A stretch of 26,079 nt of DNA from a virus (Duplodnaviria > Caudoviricetes): IMG/VR virus record IMGVR_UViG_3300032272_000064, positions 1 to 26,079 of that record, one strand, 5' to 3'. Positions 1 through 6,518 of this stretch are shown here, one piece after another. Both the position numbers and the translations under genes were made by a program. Below the pieces are notes generated by a model. It was not told the origin of the DNA. It saw nothing but the letters and a program-made list of their open reading frames with translations, and made no database searches. Each line of letters begins with the position of its first letter. Position 1 is the stretch's first letter.

Positions 1-1
1 T

Positions 2-829
2 GTATCTGTTGCAATCATACTATGCCTATATTGGATTAGTAGCCAGTGGACTAGAGCAGTGGCAACAGTGATTATTGGCCTACCAACATTATTGACTAGC
101 TACTATTATTATGCCAATACCAGCCTAGGAGATCGAGCCAGTGCCTTGTTAATGGCCTTAGCAATGTTATTGGTTATCCGTTCAACAGGTAATTTAATCT
201 CAACCAATGCCATCTATTGGATGACTACCATCAACCTAGGGGCAATCATCCTATCCAAAGCCTTATTTATAGACTGGGGAAATATAATCATAGACGAACA
301 CTTAGAAATCATCATTATTATTTTCTTTGCCAAGGGACTAATACTTGAACACAAACATCTAGCGGAAATAGAAAAGAGATTTACCATCGAGCAAGAACTA
401 CGCCAAGAAGCTGAATCTCATGCTCAAACAGAGAAACAAAAACGTCAAGTCGAAACAGAGAGACGCAGAGACGTAGAAGCACGATTAAAATCAGAACAAG
501 AAGCAACCAAGTTTAGAGAAGCCAACCGCAAGGCAAAAAATTTATTACAGAGCCACCGAGCAACTTTTGAACATGGAAAAATAATCAGTAAAAAACCAAA
601 GGAAAAAGAAAAGGGTTTATGGCTAACAATACTAGCCATAGACCCTGACACAAAAGAAGAAGATAATTTACCAATTGAAATACCTTATGATTTGCTAAAC
701 AGCAATGGAACTATTGCCTTAGACAAAGGAAACAGTATTAAACTAACTGGTAGACTGAAATCATTCAGACACCCGAAAGCTGGAAATCAAATCGTTATTA
801 GAGTTACAAAAATTGAAAACTTGAGCTAG
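2..829 (+). CDS. 5'-truncated multi-pass membrane protein with coiled coil and C-terminal OB-fold/SSB-like domain
   Basis: Frame is open from position 2 (VSVAIILCLYW...); several hydrophobic segments; E/R/Q-rich helix (AEIEKRFTIEQELRQEAE...); C-terminus ALDKGNSIKLTGRLKSF...IVIRVTKIENL resembles the OB-fold KG-x-V-x-V-x-GRL pattern. Confidence 0.6.
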   Translation, partial: VSVAIILCLYWISSQWTRAVATVIIGLPTLLTSYYYYANTSLGDRASALLMALAMLLVIRSTGNLISTNAIYWMTTINLGAIILSKALFIDWGNIIIDEHLEIIIIIFFAKGLILEHKHLAEIEKRFTIEQELRQEAESHAQTEKQKRQVETERRRDVEARLKSEQEATKFREANRKAKNLLQSHRATFEHGKIISKKPKEKEKGLWLTILAIDPDTKEEDNLPIEIPYDLLNSNGTIALDKGNSIKLTGRLKSFRHPKAGNQIVIRVTKIENLS

Positions 830-1050
830 GAACCCCATAAACCGAGTGTCTCAGGTTCTGGTATGGCCATAGCACTCGTTAATTTAGGGTTACTAGCAAA
901 AAAATCACGTTCAACGTCAGTTAATTGTGCTTCAAAAAGTGTTTGTTCAACATCACAAAAAAACTTTTCCCTAGTTTTCGGATTAATCATTAGTTGACCT
1001 ATAAATTTCTGGACATTATATGAATTTTCAAAAAAAATTGTTTTTAACAT
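826..1050 (-). CDS. Small protein resembling NHLP-clan (Os1348-like) leader peptides
   Basis: SD GGGAGG 7 nt upstream; extended -10 promoter; VQKFIGQLMINPKTREKFFCDVEQTLFEAQLTDVERDFF fits the pattern IG+x(3)DPxFRxxFxxDxxxxLxxxxLTxxE; stop overlaps upstream gene stop (CTAG). Confidence 0.55.
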   Translation of the reverse strand: MLKTIFFENSYNVQKFIGQLMINPKTREKFFCDVEQTLFEAQLTDVERDFFASNPKLTSAMAIPEPETLGLWGS

Positions 1051-1065
1051 TTAGCAACCTCCCAA

Positions 1066-1106
1066 CTTTATGCTATAATTATTATAGCATAAAGCTTGCT
1101 TTATGC
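1066..1106. promoter_or_regulatory. Palindromic bidirectional extended -10 promoter/operator
   Basis: CTTTATGCTATAAT-T-ATTATAGCATAAAG (1066-1094): each arm carries TGnTATAAT; overlapping second IR GCATAAAGC-TT-GCTTTATGC (1087-1106). Confidence 0.7.
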
Positions 1107-1190
1107 CATAAGTTAATAGCCTTATTTGAAGGTCAAATAAGGAGTAGTAGACTACGCCAAATTATATTTGGCCCTACACGTTTAAAACAG

Positions 1191-1272
1191 ACGCACCCTA
1201 CTACAACCAGCATCGCCAGCCCTCATTTTGGGACTGGTTACTTTCCGTTGGCTGTAGGAAGTGCGTTTTTTT
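1191..1272. other. Long interrupted stem-loop followed by T-run in the rep leader
   Basis: ACGCAC/GTGCGT, CTACAACCAGC/GTTGGCTGTAG and CCAGCCC/GGGACTGG nested arms, then T7. Confidence 0.5.
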
Positions 1273-1294
1273 ACAAATTTACCACTTTAAAATT

Positions 1295-1355
1295 AAAAAA
1301 CCTTCCCACCGCCAAGCAAGAAGGTTTTTTACGCAGTTGGAAACTGCCGCATTCA
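1295..1355 (-). ncRNA. Putative ~60-nt antisense sRNA (two hairpins, second is a terminator)
   Basis: Lies directly downstream of a consensus promoter; minus strand GCAG-TTTCCAA-CTGC, then AACCTTCTTGC-TTGGCG-GTGGGAAGGTT followed by Ts. Confidence 0.5.
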
Positions 1356-1361
1356 TTAGGA

Positions 1362-1390
1362 ATTATACCACCAAACCCCTTGGTTGTCAA
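1362..1390 (-). promoter_or_regulatory. Sigma70-type promoter, perfect consensus
   Basis: Minus strand TTGACA-17 bp-TATAAT. Confidence 0.8.
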
Positions 1391-1443
1391 TCCCCTATGT
1401 AAAAAACAGTTTCCCCTGCTACAAATTTAATATAAAACCCAAA

Positions 1444-1530
1444 GTTTAAATTTAAACGGTGGATAACGCTTATCCTACATTCAGCACCGCTAGGCGTAAT
1501 TTGGCATAATGCCATCGTTTAAATTTAAAC
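1444..1530. promoter_or_regulatory. Pair of palindromic operator-like sites GTTTAAATTTAAAC upstream of rep
   Basis: 14-bp palindromes at 1444-1457 and 1517-1530; related to the 22-bp array unit at 3682-3790. Confidence 0.6.
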
Positions 1531-1563
1531 CCCACTTATTTTAATGTAGAAGGAGAATTATAA

Positions 1564-2826
1564 ATGAGTACCTATAACAATACACCTGTTTTTGAAGATG
1601 AAGACGATAATGACATCACCCTCGTAATTCGCGACAATCGCGGTGGCAACTGGTTTTGGATCCACAACATTATCATAGACCATTACCAACCAATCATCGG
1701 CACAATGGGATTCAACATATACTCAATATACGCTCGCCAAGCCAATAATAAAACTGGCAAAGCCAAATTACCTAGAAACATAATTTTAGACCATCTAGGC
1801 ATAGGCACATCCTCCCTAACAGAATACAACAATATATTAGAATGGTGCGGGCTGATTTATATTGTTCGTGGGTATAAAAGGATAAACTCTATTTATTTAT
1901 TACAGCCTCGGCCAATCACAGGGGAATGGTTGGAATTAATTCGCCAAAGGGTTGTTGAAGGAACTGCTCCAAAAGGCAACAGGAAAAGCTATTCAAGATG
2001 TAGAAAAACCATCTTAAAACGGCTGAAAACTTGGCGGAGTCTTGAAGACAGAATCACTGAACATCAAATGTATATAGAACAAAAAATTCAAACAATCAAA
2101 GCTAAAGACTCAGAAAAACAACTAACATTTTTAAAGGACGAAGATGGAGACGATTCGGCAGGGGGACTCCAGGATTCGGCAGGGGGACTCCAGGATTCGG
2201 CAGGGGGACTCCAGGATTCGGCAGGGGGACTCTTTAAACAAGACTCAACAACAAGACTCAAACAAGACTCAAACAAGACTCAACAACAAGAGGTTGTTGC
2301 TGTTTTATTTTCTGAAATTGGAATCATCGAACCAGTTTTTTCAGAATTAATAAATTCTAATCCAATTGATGTAGAAGGTTGGCTAATCTACACCGAAAAC
2401 AATCTTAAAATCGAAGACCCCGCCGGCTTCGTCATCACCAAATTAAGAAATAATGAAAAGCCACCCCACCCCCAAAACGGAAAATTCGGCCACAGGACTC
2501 TAGACCAAATAGAAGCCCAAGCCCACGCCAATGAAGCAGAAGCAAAAGCCCAAGCCGCACAGCTCCGCACCGCAGGAGTCAGCCAGGAAGATGTAGCAAA
2601 TTGGAAGGCCACGCTCCAAACCCTCCAAACCCAAACAACCAACGCTCAATTTAGTTGGCTAAAAAACAGCCAACCAATTCGCCGCAATAACCAAACCTTA
2701 ATAATAGGCCTCAAAAGTCAGCAGGCGGTGGAATGGACTGAAGCCCGTTTAATTCCTGTTATAGAGCGAGCCGCCTCAAACCACAACCTAACCAACCTAA
2801 AATTTGAGGTAGAGCAAGATGCTTAA
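1564..2826 (+). CDS. Phage replication initiator (N-terminal wHTH, internal iterons, C-terminal DnaA domain I-like region)
   Basis: SD AAGGAG; replisome-organizer-like N-terminus (NWFWIHN...IYSIYARQAN...LEWCGLIYI); DSAGGLQ repeats; C-terminal WKATLQTLQ...FSWLKNSQPI...TLIIG...VEWTEARLIPVIERA resembles DnaA_N. Confidence 0.8.
   Translation: MSTYNNTPVFEDEDDNDITLVIRDNRGGNWFWIHNIIIDHYQPIIGTMGFNIYSIYARQANNKTGKAKLPRNIILDHLGIGTSSLTEYNNILEWCGLIYIVRGYKRINSIYLLQPRPITGEWLELIRQRVVEGTAPKGNRKSYSRCRKTILKRLKTWRSLEDRITEHQMYIEQKIQTIKAKDSEKQLTFLKDEDGDDSAGGLQDSAGGLQDSAGGLQDSAGGLFKQDSTTRLKQDSNKTQQQEVVAVLFSEIGIIEPVFSELINSNPIDVEGWLIYTENNLKIEDPAGFVITKLRNNEKPPHPQNGKFGHRTLDQIEAQAHANEAEAKAQAAQLRTAGVSQEDVANWKATLQTLQTQTTNAQFSWLKNSQPIRRNNQTLIIGLKSQQAVEWTEARLIPVIERAASNHNLTNLKFEVEQDA
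2152..2299 (+). repeat. Iteron array / probable phage origin inside rep
   Basis: GATTCGGCAGGGGGACTCCAG x3 plus a partial copy (2152-2232), AACAAGACTCA x4 (2237-2282), IR CAACAAC/GTTGTTG (2281-2299). Confidence 0.85.
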
Positions 2827-3292
2827 TGAAAACGCCAGAGAATTAAAGAAAATAGCTGAAGAACTTGGGGCAGATGTAATTGAAGGCCGTTTTTTCCCAT
2901 CAAAAGTGGGAAGACCAAAATTAGGAAACTATGACCTATCCAAACACCTCGACCACTATCAAGGTAAATCCCTCATTATAATAGTGGCTCCCCTCGATGA
3001 AGACGAAAACCACACCTGTGGTATATGTGGTTTTGCGATGGATGAGGTTCGGGAGTGCCCCCGGTGTAAACTCCAAGCCTTAGAATTAGCCGCAGAACTA
3101 GAGGGCAAAGTGCCAGGCATAGCCCCCAGGCCGCAATTTGACGATGCCACCATTACAGCCAGTCAAATATCCGCCGCTTTGGAGACTATTGGCAGGATTA
3201 TGGTCAGTGATGGCACTGAGGAAACCGCAGGCCACAATGCTAGTTGGTATTTAGATGCGGCCCAAATGATAGATTATTGGTGGTCAAAATGA
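2819..3292 (+). CDS. Hypothetical protein with zinc ribbon
   Basis: Overlaps rep stop; CGIC...CPRC. Confidence 0.75.
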   Translation: MLNENARELKKIAEELGADVIEGRFFPSKVGRPKLGNYDLSKHLDHYQGKSLIIIVAPLDEDENHTCGICGFAMDEVRECPRCKLQALELAAELEGKVPGIAPRPQFDDATITASQISAALETIGRIMVSDGTEETAGHNASWYLDAAQMIDYWWSK

Positions 3293-3320
3293 ATCAACTT
3301 AACAATAACCGCACCTTAAC

Positions 3321-3370
3321 AAATAGTCCCCAAAAAGAGACTACCAAAAACAACCAAAAGGGGGTACAAT
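3321..3370 (+). promoter_or_regulatory. Putative activator box plus -10 (copy 1)
   Basis: AAATAGTCCCCAAAAAGAGACTACCAA; TACAAT starts 21 nt after the ACTA half-site. Confidence 0.6.
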
Positions 3371-3374
3371 AATT

Positions 3375-3593
3375 ATGAAGAAGCAATACCCCCCAGCACC
3401 GGGGCGAAAAAAACTCACCTTGGCCCAAATCACCCGTTTGGATAACCTTGCCTACAGGTTATCCAAACTTACTGAAAAAACAGGCCGAGAAGCAGAAATT
3501 ATCATTAAAATCATAAAAGGCAATCCCCGCATACTTGGACGCTACATTGAAGAAACATTTGACCCAGAGGAATGTCAATCAGAACTAATCTAA
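3375..3593 (+). CDS. Small hypothetical protein, loosely YezD/DUF2292-like; possibly leaderless
   Basis: 72 aa; helix followed by EIIIKIIKGNPRIL beta pattern; ATG 4 nt after the -10. Confidence 0.55.
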   Translation: MKKQYPPAPGRKKLTLAQITRLDNLAYRLSKLTEKTGREAEIIIKIIKGNPRILGRYIEETFDPEECQSELI

Positions 3594-3627
3594 AAACCAA
3601 AAAAACACACCAGGCCCGACCGTCAAC

Positions 3628-3668
3628 AAACGGGGCTATCCGCAAAAACAGTGGATAGCCCCGTTTTT
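3628..3668 (+). terminator. Intrinsic terminator with overlapping alternative stem
   Basis: AAACGGGGCTATCC / GGATAGCCCCGTTT followed by Ts. Confidence 0.8.
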
Positions 3669-3681
3669 ATGTCCTTAAAGC

Positions 3682-3790
3682 CCATCGTTTAATATTAAAC
3701 GATGGAAGGTTTAATTCTAAACGATGGAAGGTTTAATTCTAAACGATGGAAGGTTTAATATTAAACGATGGAAGGTTTAGAATTAAACGA
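3682..3790. repeat. Non-coding 22-bp tandem array with five near-palindromic GTTTA-N4-TAAAC cores
   Basis: AAACGA recurs at 3697, 3719, 3741, 3763 and 3785; first unit lies in a perfect 24-bp palindrome CCATCGTTTAATATTAAACGATGG. Confidence 0.9.
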
Positions 3791-3892
3791 GCAATACCAG
3801 AGATTACAAATAAGACTACAAATAGATTACAAACAAAAATAACAACAGTAAGAATTTTACTATTATTGCTAAAATGCTAAAAGGAGTCCAAA

Positions 3893-4147
3893 GTGGAGCG
3901 TAGTGGAACTTTGGAAAAAACCAACCTTAACAACGCCATCAAACCAAAGCTAACCCCCCGCCAACGCGAGGCATTATATTTTGCGGCCCTTGGTCTAACC
4001 AACAAAGGCATAGCCCGTAAAATGACCATCACCCCCGATACTGTCAAAAAACACCTCACCGATGCCCGTACCACCCTCAACGCCAACAACCGCACCCACG
4101 CCGTTTTTATCGCCACCACAACTGGCCTAATATCAGCCCCCAATTAG
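3893..4147 (+). CDS. Stand-alone LuxR/GerE-family HTH transcriptional regulator
   Basis: SD AAGGAG before GTG; LTPRQREALYFAALGLTNKGIARKMTITPDTVKKHL...NRTHAV is a textbook LuxR HTH. Confidence 0.9.
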   Translation: MERSGTLEKTNLNNAIKPKLTPRQREALYFAALGLTNKGIARKMTITPDTVKKHLTDARTTLNANNRTHAVFIATTTGLISAPN

Positions 4148-4401
4148 CCATATCCACCAACCAAACCACAGGCCAGCCCTACCTCCACACCCTACTCAAC
4201 ACCACCCCCGCCCCACCATCCACCAGCCGCAGTTCCCCCCGCCCCAAACCAAAAAACAAAAAACCCACCAACTGGCTTAAAATCGCCCTCATAATTGGAG
4301 CCATCCTAACCGCCCTTATTCTTTGCCTCTGTGCTTGCTCCATCGTCCTAGCCCTCACCAACCCCACCACCATCCCCCAAATCCTACCCCCCATCCAGTA
4401 A
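4141..4401 (+). other. Start-less reading frame (Pro-rich linker plus transmembrane helix) in the -1 frame of the LuxR gene
   Basis: QLAISTNQ...RPKPKNKKPTNWLKIALIIGAILTALILCLCACSIVLALTNPTTIPQILPPIQ*; no ATG/GTG/TTG in frame. Confidence 0.5.
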
Positions 4402-4403
4402 AT

Positions 4404-4445
4404 AAAAAAAGCGTTTCCCAAAGTTTTCCTGGAAAACACTTTTTA
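4404..4445 (-). terminator. Intrinsic terminator of the leftward cassette (possibly bidirectional)
   Basis: Minus strand AGTGTTTTCCA/TGGGAAACGCT stem followed by T-run; between convergent genes. Confidence 0.7.
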
Positions 4446-4450
4446 TTTTA

Positions 4451-4798
4451 TTAACTGTGCTTTTTATTCCGACCCCAAGTGAGGTACAGATTATGCACAG
4501 GTATATGGTTCAAGTTCCCATATTCAGAAATATCAGGATTATTCACCTTCTCAATTTCTTCCACCAACTCACTACCCAAAAGTGTGTCTAAAAAATCATT
4601 TTGTTTATCACTTGACCGAACCTTTCTATATTTATTAAATGCTTCAATTCCACCAATTTCAAAAGCTTCTTGTAATTTTTGTCCTACTACTGATTCATCC
4701 AAAAACTTTAAATATTTATGTCCTAATGTTTGTTCTTTAAATTTATCTTCTTTCATAATTAAATCCTTTCTAATTAAATTTTTGTAATAAGGCCGCAA
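4451..4798 (-). CDS. Hypothetical protein (true start probably the internal MKEDK)
   Basis: AT-rich ORF, last of three co-oriented genes, ends at the terminator. Confidence 0.6.
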   Translation of the reverse strand: MRPYYKNLIRKDLIMKEDKFKEQTLGHKYLKFLDESVVGQKLQEAFEIGGIEAFNKYRKVRSSDKQNDFLDTLLGSELVEEIEKVNNPDISEYGNLNHIPVHNLYLTWGRNKKHS

Positions 4799-4813
4799 AT
4801 AGGCATTTACGGC

Positions 4814-5458
4814 TTAGTTTTTTGCTTTCATCCAATCTACAAAATCTCCTTGCTTAAAAACCCAATCCCGACCTACTTTTTTAGCTCCCTCTATCTCCCC
4901 TTCCCTACAAGCTAATGTAATAGATGAATTTGGCACATCAAACAAAAACGAGGCTTCGCTAGAGCTTATAGTCAATAAATCCATAATTCCCCGTATTTGG
5001 TCGGGGCTTATAGTAGCATCCGCTTGCCCTTTTTGCCGTAGTCGTATCAGAATATTCTCAGGCGTTGGTTTTTTCATTGCCTCACGCTTTTTGGGAGCAA
5101 CTTCGTGAGCCACATAATTCGCCCATGTGCGTCTAGCATGGTCGATATCAGCTATTAAAAGTGCCTCTGGTGTTTGTGAGGCTTTATACTCTGTGCAGCT
5201 TTCTACCCACGCTTCCCACATTTTATCCAAATCACTATTTCTAATCATAGCTTCAACATCGTTTATATCAAGCGAAAGCCACACCCCCGGTTTTTGTTCT
5301 TTAGTTGCCAACAATGATTGCAAAAATAATGCATACTGTTTTTTATTTGGCAACCCTGCTGGAGCGGCCACTATTCTATATTCGCTTCCTAAGCAGTCAG
5401 TCAAAAGTTTGTTTAATTGTTCAGCCGCAGATGGTGCAGTAACAGGTCCTAAAGCCAT
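4814..5458 (-). CDS. Protein with C-terminal excisionase/MerR-like HTH
   Basis: SD GGGAGG; ISSSEASFLFDVPNSSITLACREGEIEGAKKVGRDWVF. Confidence 0.75.
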   Translation of the reverse strand: MALGPVTAPSAAEQLNKLLTDCLGSEYRIVAAPAGLPNKKQYALFLQSLLATKEQKPGVWLSLDINDVEAMIRNSDLDKMWEAWVESCTEYKASQTPEALLIADIDHARRTWANYVAHEVAPKKREAMKKPTPENILIRLRQKGQADATISPDQIRGIMDLLTISSSEASFLFDVPNSSITLACREGEIEGAKKVGRDWVFKQGDFVDWMKAKN

Positions 5459-5460
5459 TT

Positions 5461-5733
5461 TTATGCCTCCCTTTGGTGTACAAAATAATATTTTTTATTA
5501 TAGCTACTGCCTCTAGTAGTACTACCTATTTGGCGGTTATTTTTCTCAAATTCAGTTCGATTCCTTCGCTTAGGCCATTGCCAATCTGAAGTTTCCTTAA
5601 CTTCAACATCTTCTAAGGTTAAGCCAGTTTCGTTCAAAAAAATTTCTATCTCCAAAAGGCGGTTGGGGCCTTGCTTGGCATTTAAGCCAGTTTCATTTTC
5701 GTAAAAATCTGCAATTGTATTTAAATCAGCCAT
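5461..5733 (-). CDS. Hypothetical protein
   Basis: SD AAGGAG; first gene after a strong promoter. Confidence 0.65.
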   Translation of the reverse strand: MADLNTIADFYENETGLNAKQGPNRLLEIEIFLNETGLTLEDVEVKETSDWQWPKRRNRTEFEKNNRQIGSTTRGSSYNKKYYFVHQREA

Positions 5734-5761
5734 AAATAAACTCCTTTATAAAATAATCATT

Positions 5762-5838
5762 TTAGCACAACACGCTAAGTTAGTTATAGTATACCACATC
5801 TTTAATACAATGTCAAGCAGTTTAGCGTAATTCGCTAT
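5762..5838 (-). promoter_or_regulatory. Sigma70 promoter flanked by two TTAGC-N7-GCTAW operators
   Basis: Minus strand TTGACA-17 bp-TATACT (5816-5788); TTAGCACAACACGCTAA (5762-5778) and TTAGCGTAATTCGCTAT (5822-5838). Confidence 0.75.
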
Positions 5839-5906
5839 ACTGATTTAATAGCTATTGTTTATATGTTTGTGGTTTAACCATAACCCAAACTTATATACCC
5901 CCACCA

Positions 5907-5956
5907 AAATAGTCCCCAAAAAGGCACTACCAATCTCTCCCAAAATATGATACCAT
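5907..5956 (+). promoter_or_regulatory. Putative activator box plus extended -10 (copy 2; candidate late promoter)
   Basis: AAATAGTCCCCAAAAAGGCACTACCAA (25/27 identical to 3321-3347); TACCAT 21 nt after ACTA, preceded by TG. Confidence 0.6.
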
Positions 5957-5972
5957 ATCATTAGGAGAAATT

Positions 5973-6518
5973 ATGAAAAACGACGCAAAAACCAATATAA
6001 TCATTTTCCTTATAATTATCACATTAATCAACATCACCAATACCCAACCCCCAACCCAACGGGCCAACCAATTCATTAGCCCCATCAATACCCCCATGGC
6101 CGCTGATACCCTCACCACCAGCCCCCTTGCCGCTCCATTAGAACAAGGCAAAAATACCCCTTTAGTAAATCCCCCTAAAAGCCCCCCACCCAAACCACCC
6201 AAACCACCCAAACTAAACAAGCTCCCTAAAGTCAAACTCGACCGCCCTCGACTTGGAAGCACCACCATCAGCGGCCGTGGCCCCGTTGGCCTACCTATAA
6301 AAATATACGAGGTCGCCAATACCGCAGACCTGCTTTGCACCACCACCATCAATAGAAGCGGTCAATTCACCTGCACCACCACCCGCCCCCTCCGCCGCAC
6401 CGAGCGCGTAGCCGTCACCGCCCCCAATGCCCCCTACACCCGCCACCAAATGCGCCAAATAAGGCTTGTAGATATTCCCACCTACGGCTACATCCTAGCC
6501 GAAAGGAAAGTCCGCTAA
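5973..6518 (+). CDS. Exported/membrane-anchored Pro-rich protein with Ig-like domain
   Basis: SD AGGAG; N-terminal hydrophobic segment; PPKPPKPPK linker; TTISGRGPVGLPIKIY...TTTINRSGQFT resembles bacterial Ig-like folds. Confidence 0.6.
   Translation: MKNDAKTNIIIFLIIITLINITNTQPPTQRANQFISPINTPMAADTLTTSPLAAPLEQGKNTPLVNPPKSPPPKPPKPPKLNKLPKVKLDRPRLGSTTISGRGPVGLPIKIYEVANTADLLCTTTINRSGQFTCTTTRPLRRTERVAVTAPNAPYTRHQMRQIRLVDIPTYGYILAERKVR

Noticed and set aside
1020-1430. 136-aa plus-strand ORF
   Set aside because: Overlaps the peptide gene, promoters and hairpins; no SD; does not look protein-like
3682-3790. CRISPR array
   Set aside because: Period is only 22 bp, the intervening sequence is identical (no unique spacers), and there are no cas genes
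4179-4439. Minus-strand 86-aa ORF
   Set aside because: Shadow of the C-rich plus-strand frame and starts inside the terminator
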